Shown one piece after another: positions 38,299-51,008 of a stretch of DNA of 64,000 nucleotides. A model generated the notes under the pieces. That model saw nothing but the letters and a program-made list of their open reading frames with translations. It was not told the origin of the DNA and made no database searches. Position 1 is the stretch's first letter. Every line of letters begins with the position of its first letter. The stretch spans positions 96,647,327 to 96,711,326 of the forward strand of contig NC_068987.1 of assembly GCF_001194135.2 (NCBI RefSeq), written 5' to 3'. The position numbers and the translations under genes are program-made. Source of the DNA: Octopus bimaculoides (Eukaryota).

Positions 38299-38460
38299 AT
38301 CATCATCATCATCGTTTAACGTCCGCTTTCCATGCTAGCATGGGTTGGACGACTTGACTGAGGACTGGTGAAACCGGATGGCAACACCAGGCTCCAATCT
38401 AAATTTGGCAGAGTTTCTACAGCTGGATGCTCTTCCTAACGCCAACCACTCAGAGAGTGT
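38299..38460 (-). mobile_element. Family C RTE-tail repeat, young, 5'-truncated
   Basis: Near-identical to the 35811 copy; stops abruptly before (TA)n. Confidence 0.88.
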
Positions 38461-39229
38461 CCATATATATATATATAAATGTATGTATAAATGTATGTGT
38501 GCATGTCTGTGTATATAGGTGCATAAATTTCTATGTGCATGTTTCTATATGTATGTGTTGTGTGCAAATATTTGTGGGCTTGAATGCTTGTTTCTTTGTA
38601 TGCACTTATGCACATAGGTGAGATTATGTATCGGTGTATGTAAATGTTTTCAGAATGAATGTGGTGTGTGTGTGTATAGATTGATGGATAGATCAAGAAA
38701 CCTATAGATGTTTGTGCGTGTTTGTGTGTTTGTGTGAGTGTGTGTGTGTATGTGTGTGTGTGTGTAGATTGATAGATAAATCAAGAAATCTATAAATGTT
38801 TGTGTGTGTGTATTTGTATATGTGTATGCATGTATAAATTGACATGTGAATATTTATAGGCATGAGACCTTAAGCAAGACATTAATCAACATCTGATGTT
38901 GAGGCTCCTGTCCATTAGTTCAGGAGTATAGAGTTACCCCAAAGTCAACACTACACCCAGGTGTGCTCTGACCTGGGGTGGTTGTGCCCATCAGAGGCAA
39001 TCACTCCCCCCATCCACCCATCCAATTATGGGTCAAACAGTAGAAGATAGACTTGTGTCTAAAGTATACAGGACTAAGAGGAGAGTCAGCTCCAAGATCA
39101 TCTGATCTTAGGTTCAATCCCATTGTGTGGCACCTTGGGCAAGGGTCTTCTACTTTAGCCTCAGGCTGATCAAAGCCTTGTGAGTGGTTTAGTGAAAAGA
39201 AACTGAAAAAAAACATCGACCGCGACTAC

Positions 39230-40095
39230 GATCTCACATGGCTTGCTGGGTCTTCTCAAGCACAGCCTATCTCCAAAGGTCTCAGTCGCTTGTCATTGCC
39301 TCTGTGAGGCCCAACGTTCGAAGGTTGTGCTTCAGCACCTCATCCCATGTCTTCCTGTGTCTACCTCTTCCACAGGTTCTCTTCACTGTTAGGGTGTGAC
39401 ACTTCTTCACACATCTGTCATCATCTATATGCATCACATGACCATACCAGTGCAGTCGTCTCTCTCTTGCACACCATATCTGATGCTTCTTATGTCCAAC
39501 TTTTCTCTCAAGGTGCTTACACTCATGTATGCACACTGACATTACACATCCAGTAGAGCATACTAGCTTCATTTCTTTCAAGCCCACGCATGTCAGAGCC
39601 CATGTTTCACTGACGTATAGCATGGCTGTTTGCATACATGCATCATACAGCCTACATTTCACTCTGAGGAAGAGGCCTCTTGTTACCAGCAAAAGTAGGA
39701 GCTCTCTGAAATTTGTCCAGGCTTTTCTTATTCTAGCAGCTGCATTCACAGAGCGTCCACTCCAACTATGGACTTTGTCACATAAGTAACGGAAGATATC
39801 AACTACTTCTAATTTTTTCTCCCTGGCATGTCATGGAATCTGTTTTCTGTACACCTTTGGTGTTTATTGCCCCTGTGCATCTGCCACATCCAAAAACTAT
39901 CTTCCCAGTTAACCTTCCTTTGATACTGTTGCACCTCTTATATGTCCATAGCTTAGATCAGGTACATCTTAGTGGAGTTTCTACCTACGCCTTTTCTACA
40001 GATTGAGCAGGGTTGTCTACCTGAAGGGATTTGTGATTTGTCTGCCTTCCTACTTACTAAGACTTTGGTTTTTGCTAGATTGACTCTAAAGCCCT
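39230..40095 (-). mobile_element. RTE-clade LINE 3' fragment
   Basis: ORF 39282-39749 AARIRKAW..LYDACMQTAMLYVSETW..RERRLHWYGHV..GRGRHRKTWDEV; 39955-40095 GFRVNLAKTK..PSGRQPCSICRKGVGRNS. Confidence 0.9.
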
Positions 40096-40579
40096 GTATA
40101 TATATATATATAATAGAGAGAGAGAGAGAGAAACACATACATATGCTCCATACACAGAAAACTGCAGTTTTCTGTGGGATTACACGTAGCGCATGTAGGT
40201 AATTGAGGAATGATACGATTTTCTCGCTTGTCTATATGAATACAGAAATGCTGTTCTTGGATAATCATTTTGATGTCGCCTGATCGAATTAATTATTCTT
40301 TTATTAGCATTCTCGGATTTATAATTTTGAAAAATTGTGCTGATGAAGGATATATGTTTGAGTAAATATATTTTTACACCTCACTAATCAAGAAATGTGC
40401 ATCCACAATTAATCAAGGTCGGGTAGATTCGTTATTTCTTCCTTTTTTGCCTTTGTAGTTTGCAAGTATTACTGTTTTTGGGAGTCCTATTTTAGTAGAG
40501 AAATAGTAGTTTTGGCTACTATTTCTAATTTTCGGTGTGTGGTGAAGCAATACTTGCTGAACCCTAAATTTTAAATTGT

Positions 40580-40582
<3 letters not shown>

Positions 40583-40659
<77 letters not shown>
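40583..40659. repeat. (TA)n microsatellite
   Basis: Direct. Other long SSRs: (TG)n 36636-36689, (TC)n 51843-51933, (CA)n 57992-58073, (TAA)n 32610-32661 and 33087-33130. Confidence 0.98.
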
Positions 40660-40661
<2 letters not shown>

Positions 40662-41619
40662 AATGAAATGAAATGTTATTAGTGCTAAGATATAATAATG
40701 AACCACCAACATGAAAAGCCAGCTTGATTCTATATTTAGAGTAATTAAGGTAACATGTGGCATTAATACAAAGGCAAATATATCATTACAAAATGGATCT
40801 CTCGGATCAATAATTTACTTTTATATAAATAAAAAATAATAGCGATTCCACTTTGCTCCACTTTATAGACCCTAGAGTAATTGTTGTTTCTTTGTACCCT
40901 AAAATGTACTTTTTCTTTCCACTTTTATAATTTATTTTACCGTGCAAACACTTACTAAAAGAAAAGTTTTTTTGAGCTTGTTTAACTTGTTATAAACACC
41001 AGTTTCTTGGAAAACATTGTACCCTAAATATCTCATCATAACCAGAGTAATTAAACATGGAAAACAACAACAACAGCAATAACAAAACAACACCAACACC
41101 ACCATCACCACCACTGCAACTACCACCACCACCACCATCATCATAATCATTATCATTTGACATCTGTGTTCTATGATGGTATAAGTTGGATGGTTTGATA
41201 ATTGTATCACACTTTCATGTCTGCATTGGCATGGAGTCAATGACCAGATGCACTTCCTAATGCCAACCACAAGAATATCAGATGTGTTTTGGCTCCCTTG
41301 AGCCTTGTAAATGGCATGTACTTGCTAGTCACATGCCGAGACAAAACCTTTCTCTTCTGACATATAGGAAATAATAAATAATACATTCAATGATATTGCA
41401 GAAAGTTACATGCAATTGAAACAGCACTAAATTAAAATAGCCACCTATGTATCATACTTAATATATATATATATATATATATACACTGTTTTTTTATTAG
41501 AATCTACCATGTTGATGATGCTGATGTGCCTGAAAGAGAAATTAGAAAGTTAAATTTTGGTGCATTGCATTGGCTTCCAATTATGGCATGCAAAAGTTGT
41601 ATTCAAAATATATGATACT

Positions 41620-41664
<45 letters not shown>

Positions 41665-42399
41665 CATATATATATATCAGTGGTGACTCTGGCATTTGGG
41701 CTGTTTGGAGTTAGCTTGAGCTAAAGTGAACATGTATTTGCAAGTTGATTTAATTTCTGTCAACACTGACTTTAAGTGTGTAATTGCAGCCAATAACTTG
41801 ACCTCCTATTATTGAGCCTGGTCACAGTTCATTTATTTTCATTTAGCACCTAGCGGTCATCCTAGAGGTGCCCTGTGTCGAAAAATATCATTCATAGCAG
41901 ACGTTCCCTCAACATTGGTCACACATGCCTGACTCAGGCTCAGCAGTTACAGCCCGAGTTGCTATCTATAATCATAAAAATTATAAGGAATTCAAATTCA
42001 GTGTTTTCTTGAAGCAATAAATTTCTATAGAGATTACAATTTAAATTCCAATCTATGAAAAGTTTCCGTTCTACAATATTCTTAAAGGAAGGAAAAATTA
42101 TCCAGTACTTGGGCTAATACGAACGAGCCTGGTGGATATAAAAGACTAACTGGCATCTCTTGTTCAGAGTACAGGTGACAGTCAGATTGCTGATATTTGT
42201 TCTGCACCCCGCTATCATTATTTGATTGCTGTTATTCTGTGCGTCTGTGTGTAAAGATCAGTTGTGTTCTGCAGGGCTGCTTTATTTTTACCCTTAACTT
42301 AGAAATGGAAAAAAGACATAGTGCTAAATATAAAAAAATAAGCCAGTTGGGGCTAGAAATAAAGCGGGAAACTGTGAAATTCTTTGAGCAGACATGTGT

Positions 42400-42435
<36 letters not shown>

Positions 42436-44526
42436 CATCATCATCAACATTATTGTTGTTGCATCCATGTTTCCATGCTTGAATTGGTCAAACGAAATTT
42501 GTTGAGGCAGATATTCTGCAGCTGGATGCTTTTCTTGTTGTGAAGCCCCACCTGTTCCCAAGCAAAGTAAGTTTTATCCTTGTCCTTTGAACACAAATAG
42601 AATAATGACTGGTAATGTTTTCACAGTCGATTGCAAATGAATAACACCACTTGTATATTAATGATATTAGTTTACAATTAGCATACAATGTCCTTCACCA
42701 TCCAAGTTTCACTACCATACATCCTTTTAGCTGCTGATGTGTTATTGCAAAACATTCTGGACTTTGCATGCCCTCTACCGCAATTGTACACGTTTCACTA
42801 CCATAGTCTTCTCAGTTACTACATGCCTTACTACCTCCACAGTACAGTTCTAACTACTACCATACACCTTGACAACTCTGATACATAGATATTATATAGT
42901 GTCTTGATATTTCACAGGGAGAAAATGAGTAAGAAAGAAAGAGAGGGGGGGGGTGATAGTAAGAGGGAAAGAGAGTGAAAGTGTATGGAATAAAGAGAAT
43001 GAGATATAAAAGAGAAAAGGAGAAAATTTAATCAAGAGAGAAGAAAAAAAGAAGAGTGAAAGAGAGAGATGCTTGTTTCAGGCATGGGTGTAATTTCTTT
43101 ATAAGCTTCTGCCCACTCTATACTCACTTATATAAGAGGGAATTATATTTAATAACTATACAAAGCCAAGTTTAACTTGATGTTATAAGGATTTAACAAT
43201 TCATTAATTTAGTGATGTCATTAAAGCTAATCCTGAAACAACACAAAAGATATCAGCCCACTTCTTCTTTTTCAGCGATGAGTGAAATGTTTTATTAAAT
43301 CCACAGCTTTCTGTGTAGCCCAGTTACATATTAATGCATCCAACAGACAAATATGTTTATATTAGGGTTGCACATTTGCATAAATATTACACTTGCACAA
43401 ATATCTATATAGTTAATGTATGTGTGTGCACATACCTGTACAAAATCATACACACATAAAGACAGCATAGAAAAACAGGTGAATAAAAATAAAATAGTAG
43501 ATGTTTGCATAGAGATAATGAAGAAATACAATCACACTTAATTTTAGCATGTGTACAATGACAGTGAAAGTAATACATCTGTATGAGTAGGCATACAAGA
43601 AAGAAGAGTTAAAAACATTGATAAGTGCATACAAATATATATCCATCATCATCATAACCATCATTATCATCATCATTTGATTGTCCATGCTTGCCTGGCT
43701 CAGACAGAATTCATTGAGGCAGATTTTCTATGATCTGATGTCATTCCTGTCACCACTTGTTTCTTAGCAAGATAATATTTCCACATGACCAGACATGTTT
43801 TGATAGAAGATTGGAAATGAATGAGACTGTTTTTATGAGGATGACACTACAACTATCACATATCACACAATGTCAAGACAATGAAGTACCAACACACACA
43901 CACACACACACACACCACACACACATGCACAATGAATTCTGGTTGGCTGATGAAACTATAGTAGAAAACACTTCCCCCAAGGTGCCATGCAATGGAACTA
44001 AACCTGAAACCTCTTGGTTGACAGGCAAACTTCTTAACCATAAGCATAAAAAGATTCTTATATGCACAGATAGCAATTTGGCAGAATCATTTGAAGGTTG
44101 AATAGAATACCTTGTGGTATTTGTTCTGACTCTCTACATTCAGAGGTCTAATCCTGCAGAATCCAACTTTGCCTTTTATCCTTTCCTCATCTAGTTGACA
44201 AGACATAAATACAAAGTAAATGATGAATTTAAAATATTATATTTCAGGAAGGTCATTTGAAAAATTTTTTTGCCAAATAAACACATACACTATATATTTA
44301 TTCTTCATTTCAGCTTTGCAAAACAAATACAAAAACATAAGAAAATAAAATAATCATTTACCAATTCAGTTTTCTTTTTGACCTTTCAACAACTATATTA
44401 AATATCACCTGTTTTAAAATTTTTTAATCTATTTAACATGAAATGGTATAAAGTTATCCATAGATATCCAATGGTATATCCAATGGTATATCCAATGGTA
44501 TATTCAATGGTATAAAGTTATCCATA

Positions 44527-44691
44527 GGCACAGGAGCGGCTGTGTGGTAAGTAGCTTGCTTACCAACCACATGGTTCCGGGTTCAGTCCCACTGCGTGGC
44601 ACTTTGGGCAAGTGTCTTCTACTATAGCCTTGGGCCGACCAAAGCCTTGTGAGTGGATTTGATAGATGGAAACTGAAAGAAGCCCGTCGTA

Positions 44692-44741
<50 letters not shown>

Positions 44742-44947
44742 TGTATGTGTGTTTGTCCCCCCACCATCGTTTGACAACTGATGCTGGTGTGTTTACTTCC
44801 CCATAACTTAGCGGTTCGGCAAAAAGAGACCGATAGAATAAGTACTAGGCTTCCAAAGAATAAGTACTGGGGTCGATTTTCTCCAGCATGGTGGTGCTCC
44901 AGCATGGCCGCAGTCAAATGACTGAAACAAGTAAAAGAGTAAAAGAG
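44527..44947 (+). mobile_element. SINE family A, near-complete young copy
   Basis: A-box-like cGGCTGTGTGG, B-box GGTTCAGTCCC, CpGs retained, tail gaaacaagtaaaagagtaaaagag. Confidence 0.92.
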
Positions 44948-47428
44948 ATATATTTCAGCTTCTGGAGTATGCCATGGCACTCTTTCTTCTCATGAGATGT
45001 GCAATCTCCTCTATCCCTCTGCTTTTTCTACCACAACTATAATAGCCTGTTTCTTGGAGATGGTTGGGTTCATACTTCCTGCCTTCAGGCATTCTTGATT
45101 CATTTGTCTCCCCTCCTTTCATCACCATTGTTGTGTCCAACCTAGCAGGTTTTACACTAATAACTATCCACAACCCTTCATTCTCAGAATGTTGGCTCAG
45201 AAGAATTCCCTGCCTTCTGCTCATGTCTTTCTCATGAGTATTGACTTATTAAGGTTCAAGAAAAACATTAATAGCATCAATCACAGGGAGCCAGCTTAAG
45301 CCCCTTCCTCTAGACCCAACAAGTAAAAGAAAGTAAACAATATAAGCATCATCCTCATCATCATTTAACGTCCACTTTCCATACTGGCATGGGTTGGATG
45401 GCTTGACAAGAACTGATAAGGTCAAAGGCTTCGTTTCTACAGCCGGATGCCCTTCCTAACACCAACCACTTTACAGAGTGTATCGAGTTCTTTTTATGTG
45501 AGACCATCACCAGTGCTTTTTAAGTGGCACCAACCCTAGTGCTTTTTATGTGGCACTAGTATCTACCTCAATGCTTTTTATGTTGCACCTTGTTTTTAAG
45601 ATCTCAATTCTGTTGTGGTGGGCAGGTTTTCTTGTCACATATCTCAGTCCCCTGTCATCTCCTTCATATGATTCAGCATTTTGAGATCAGCCTGCAATAC
45701 TTTTTTTTATCTATATCTGGGGCTATAGGTAAAATGGATATTTTCGACATTTTTCTGCTGAATTTTTTTCTATAAAGACACTGTTATAATATACCACTTG
45801 CACTAAAGTGGATCTGTCCCTTCCCTTCATGCACTAAGCACATGCTTACATTATTTAATGATGAGTCAAGAACTGAGTGTGTACATCCACTAGATACAAA
45901 CATTGTTGAAGTAGATGGTCATGCAGAGGCTGTTCTCTCAATATACTTTTGTATTAATGGTATTTCTTCAAAGTGGCATGGAGAGAACAGATTTGTTGAA
46001 TGACATCTTGCGAGTAACTTCAACACTACCTTATCTAACTGACAGGCACACACACACACACACACACATCGCTATCAATATCATTTAATGTCGATTTTCC
46101 ATACTGGTAAGGGTTGGACAGTTTGACAAGATCCAGCGAGTCGCTGGGCTGTGTCAAGCTCCAATGTCAGCTTTAGTATGATTTCTATGGCTGGATGCAT
46201 TTTATGTCAACCACTTTACAGAGTGTACTGGGTGCTTTTGTCATACCACCAACATTAGTGAGGTTACCGAGTAATTATATATATGTATGTGCATGTGTAT
46301 CATCATCATCATTTAATGTCCATCTAACATGCATCATATCATCATTGTTATTTTACACTTACTTTTCATGCTGGCATGGGTTTGACAATTTGACGGTCCA
46401 ATGCATTGATGAATGCCAGTTTGCTTCAATACCTCTTTCACTGCTGGAAGCCTTTTCTAAAAGCAATCACCTTACAGAGAAAATTAACACACAAATATGC
46501 ATGCACACACACACACACACACAAATATGCATACACATATATATTATACATTTATTTGCATACCTACATATATATACTAACACACAAGCATACATTTTAA
46601 TCAGTGATGTTTTACAAATGTACACTTGTGCATTGTATTTCTTCAAATGTCTGCAAAGCTCACAGACAATGCTGTTTCTTCTGGCTAATTGATAAAATCA
46701 AGACAGCCAAACGTTTGGACATTGTACAAGAAGTCAGGAGAGACAGACTGACAGAGAAAAGGTATCAGTTGCATAGGAGAGACTTAAAGGACAAAGATTA
46801 AAAGAGTGGAAGAAGAACCAACAGAGCAAAAAAAAAAAATGAGAAAGTTAACAGGAATTATTGGATATGTCTAACATGAAGGATTACTATGATAAAATAT
46901 TTAAAAACAAGTATTTCTAAATGACATTCATGAAATTACGTGCATGTGACATTATGTCTCTACTTAAGATAAACTAGTTTGTCATCATAAAATGAAAATT
47001 ATGACAGGATGTAGGGAAGTAATTGAGTTCAACATTGATATTTTTATTTGCTTCTTTTAACAAAGAATATGCATCATCATATGTATCTCACTAACAACTA
47101 ATTCCAGTTATTCTAGCTAAAAAGTCAATCTGAGGCCCAGATTTTTATCTTGCAGCCCACTTGATACTTTCTTGAAGTATTGTGTTATAAGTGGCAATAA
47201 AGCTATAGCCTACAATTTTATAATTTTAAACAAACAAAAAGTATGAAAAATTCTTGGTTCTGTAATTTGATTATTTGACTATCAGCGCATATGATGATGC
47301 ATATTCTTCATTAAAAGAAGCAAATAAAAGTATCAACGAAGAACTCAATTACTTCCCTCCATATTTGTCATAATTTTCATTTTATGACTATAAAATAGAG
47401 TTTATCTTAAGTAGAGACATAATGTCAC

Positions 47429-47810
47429 ATGGATGGCAGGCTCTTCAATCTCACACATCCCCATGCAAAGATGAGGGTTTCTGCCATCTCAGTCCATGAA
47501 GTGCAATATGCTGACGACAATGCCACTCCGAGCTGGACTGTAGATGGCCTACAAAGGACAGCCGATCTTTACAATGTGGCTTACGAATGCTTTGCAGGTA
47601 AACACATTAAAGATCAAGACACTGATCCAACCTGCACCAGGCCAGAACAGTCCACTCACAAACATTAGCATCAACGACCAACCCCTAAAAGAAGTTGAAC
47701 ACTTCATATACCTTGGAAGTATCCTTTTGAAAGCCCCCACATGTGAAAAAGACATGGAGAACTGGATTGGGGTGGCCCACTCTGCTTTTGGCAGACTCAG
47801 CCAACGTGTT
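47429..47810 (+). mobile_element. RTE-1/BovB-like LINE RT fragment (different family)
   Basis: DGRLFNL...EVQYADDNA, LKIKTLIQPAPG, LKEVEHFIYLGSIL, RIGVAHSAFGRL-like. Confidence 0.8.
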
Positions 47811-48495
47811 ATAGTAGAAGACACTTGCCCAAGGTACCACGCAGTGGGACTGAACCAGGAACCATGTGGTTGGGAAGCAAGCTTCTTACCACATAGCCAT
47901 GCCTCTTCATAACTTTTTAAAAACTGAGTAATTTTTGAATAAATTTTTCTGTAAATATCTTTCAGATGGTGTAGTTTATGGTTATGTCAGGATTTAAAGT
48001 GAAAAAACTATAAAAAAATTAGTGGGCATCCACACATATATACTGACATAATTTTTTCAAAATTTCAAGTTTCATTTTGTAGATACAGCGTATACATGAT
48101 GTATGTCAGTGTGCTCATCCATCAATTTTTCCCCACATTAAATTCCAATACAAAGTCAAGGGAGCAGGGCATACTTGTGTAGTAATGCCAAACGTATTGT
48201 ATATGTAAGCTATCTTTGAGGAGATTTTGTTGTATTTCTGTATCACTTTTAACTTTTCTCCATCTCTCATTGCCCTGAAGATTATGGTTCAGATCTGGAA
48301 AATAAAAATGCCAACTATTACCATAATTACCTCCCTTCGTCTTGTCATAACTTTTATGACAGAGCAAAAATGGTGCTTATATTATGCAAATGTTATTAAA
48401 CTTATTAAATGATTTCACTTTATTTTAGGACATGTATTTCTTTTCACTTATTCTTGAATAACACTTCGCGAACTCAACTCTAAATTTTCGAATAG

Positions 48496-48665
48496 CCTGC
48501 TGCCGATGCTACTTATTTTACTTTCTTTAGAATTACATGTAATACTGCTATAGCTCCCATTCACAAGTACTAGTATCACTCTTATTAAATAATACAGATT
48601 CTAGTAGCGATAGCAGGAGCATATGTAATTCTAAAGACGACGGAGTAAGTGGCGTCGACAGCAGG
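48496..48665. repeat. Imperfect foldback, ~60-bp arms
   Basis: cctgctgccgatgctactta..tctttagaattacat..ctgctatagct versus agcgatagcag..atgtaattctaaaga..taagtggcgtcgacagcagg. Confidence 0.8.
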
Positions 48666-49085
48666 ATATTAACATTTTTGCTGTTACTGATTTTGGTGCA
48701 AGCTATAAATTTTAAAGCAGGGGATTAGTAAGTGAATTCGACCTCGAAATCGATGATTCTAAATAGTGCCATCGTTTCTGGCGCGTTTTTCAAAGGGATA
48801 TAACCAAATTGTGCAAGGTTTTTGTAACTGCTGCTACTAATACGAACTAGAGAGGAATCTTCTGTAAGCTGCTCGATCTGTTAGAAGTAACAGCCAATAA
48901 TCCATTAAACCACACCCCACAATCTAAAACAAAAATAATAATAATAATAACTGAAATAAAAATAATAAGAAAAAGACTGGAACGCATTTGCTTTCTCTGC
49001 GTGACATCTTAAGCTATTTTCTCCAGCCTCGAGTTGACTTATACCATCTAAGAGAAACTAGGTAGACAGAAAATATATGCTAGCC

Positions 49086-49203
49086 CAGTGATGGGAAAAC
49101 TAAGACTGGCAGGACTTTCTGCATGGTACGCAAACGAAAAATTATTTCAAATTTCTTTATTTAGTAGTGCGGCCCGCTACTCGACAAAGGTCACCCATAC
49201 CTG
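49086..49203. mobile_element. hAT-like MITE remnant
   Basis: Imperfect TIR CAGTGATGGGAAAACT / rc CAGGTATGGGTGACCT; internal gcggcccgc; TSD degenerate. Confidence 0.5.
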
Positions 49204-49649
49204 TGCAGCTTCGAGTTGACCTACAACTTGTAAGTGAAACTACGTAAACGAAAACTATATACCTAACCCATCGGGTAGATTGTGCTTGTAATTCAAAATT
49301 CCTGCCTTGTCGCGTTCTACGTGTGCTACACCGATTCTGCCTGAGAATCACGATAAAGATACATGAAAATGTGGAATGCTCAGCCACACTTTAATACAGA
49401 AACAGACCCTGCTGACCGTACAATTGAATCGTAATTGTCGAACGACGGAGATCCAACAGAATCACCGCCTCTCCTACTACTACTAAAAATTTTCAAACAC
49501 TACTACTACTACCGCCACGAACATTTCGCAAGCAGTTACCTAACTTGTTTATCTGTCCTCTTTTATCCTCCTCGCCCAAATTCCATTCGTGGATTTCAAA
49601 AAAGAAACTGACATATACACACACGTTTCAACTAAGAAATTTCGATTCC

Positions 49650-49684
49650 ATGGACCAAAGACTGCATCATATCTGTACAGTGAG
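49650..49684 (+). CDS. Candidate first coding exon (MDQRLHHICTV-R/S) of unidentified gene
   Basis: ATGG within the CpG-enriched 49400-49900 region, followed by strong donor GAG|GTAAGA at 49685. A minus-strand donor (TAG|GTAACT ~49540) also exists, so direction is uncertain. Confidence 0.3.
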
Positions 49685-50877
49685 GTAAGAAGAGGTTCAT
49701 AAAGAACCACGCCGGCATCGCACCCTTCACTTCCCTGTGTGTTGTTGTTGTAGAGTATACACACACGTATATGTAAATACCCCGTAAGTACACACTTAAT
49801 CCTATCGTTTTGCAAAGTATAAATGTATATATATATATATGTTGCAACTCACTCTAGATTCCGTTTGTATACTTTGTAATTCTCCGTTCTACCACCAACT
49901 GCGTGTGTGTATGTATACATACATACATGCATATATATACATACGCGCAGACACAACTACATATATAATTTTTATTGACAGTTACTTCGAAGTTTTACCA
50001 AATGTCTAGCTTAACTGGGGAAGCCAGACACATACAGCAAAACTTTAATGCCACTGTCAATAAAATTAATATCAATATTGATTCTGCACTTGGATTAAAT
50101 CCGTTATTTACTTAATATCCGCTGTTTTCATAGACTTTAAAATTATATATAAATATCCAGCCACATAGATATTTACGTCCGTAAGAATCTTTTGCTTACA
50201 TGTATATAGTTCCTTTTTATGGGACTCCGGCTCACTATTATCGCACGCTATGATAAGACTAAAGATAAAGAACTCAATAACGGTATAGGGTATATGCAAT
50301 TGATGTCAATAATCTGGAAACCGGCTGGCTGTAGTTTAATCAAGACTGACCAATATATATATATATATAGTATTAGGGAAAAGAACCAAGGTTTATGAAC
50401 TCATCGATGAAAATCCACTGTCACATATAGAAAAAATTTATAATTAAAAGTACAATAAATAAGTATAATATAATACAAAGTAAATATCATAAGATCAAGA
50501 TAATATATATATATATAAATGTGTAACGCTTCTGTATTGAGTTTGATATTCACTTTATATTGTTTGGGTGTGCATATTATTGCGACCTAACAAGGTGCCT
50601 CAATTTAAGGGCAAAAGTNNNNNNNNNNNNNNNNNNNNNNNNNNNNNNNNNNNNNNNNNNNNNNNNNNNNNNNNNNNNNNNNNNNNNNNNNNNNNNNNNN
50701 NNNNNNNNNNNNNNNNNNNNNNNNNNNNNNNNNNNNNNNNNNNNNNNNNNNNNNNNNNNNNNNNNNNNNNNNNNNNNNNNNNNNNNNNNNNNNNNNNNNN
50801 NNNNNNNNNNNNNNNNNNNNNNNNNNNNNNNNNNNNNNNNNNNNNNNNNNNNNNNNNATATATTTATATATATATAT

Positions 50878-51008
50878 ATGAGGTAAAGAAGAAAATGGAA
50901 AAATTAACATGCAGACATCAGCTTATTTAATTTCATTATATCTATTTGAATATCTTTAAATAAACTGATGTTTGCATGTCAATTTCTCCATTTTCTTCTT
51001 TCCCTCAT
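50878..51008. repeat. Foldback with 53-bp arms (5 mismatches), 25-nt loop
   Basis: 50878-50930 versus reverse complement of 50956-51008. Confidence 0.9.

Noticed and set aside
42120-42400. TATA box plus mini-exons (TATAAAAG, cag|GTGACA, ctgcag acceptor)
   Set aside because: Signals are individually common in AT-rich DNA, and the ORF runs into (TA)n with no recognisable product.
44527-44600. tRNA gene
   Set aside because: A/B-box-like head continues into the SINE body; no cloverleaf or acceptor stem.
44504-44980. Long ORFs such as 44504-44980, 57176-57478, 46195-46692 and 35486-35869
   Set aside because: They are translations of SINE or RTE-tail repeats and microsatellites (YIYI, HTHT, CVCV runs).
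44955-45224. 89-aa ORF possibly from an APE endonuclease
   Set aside because: Similarity is too weak to call without a profile search.
45776-46002. Open frame with WD40-like VDGHAEAVLSIYF
   Set aside because: The rest of the WD40 pattern is missing and there is no convincing splice pair; could be chance.
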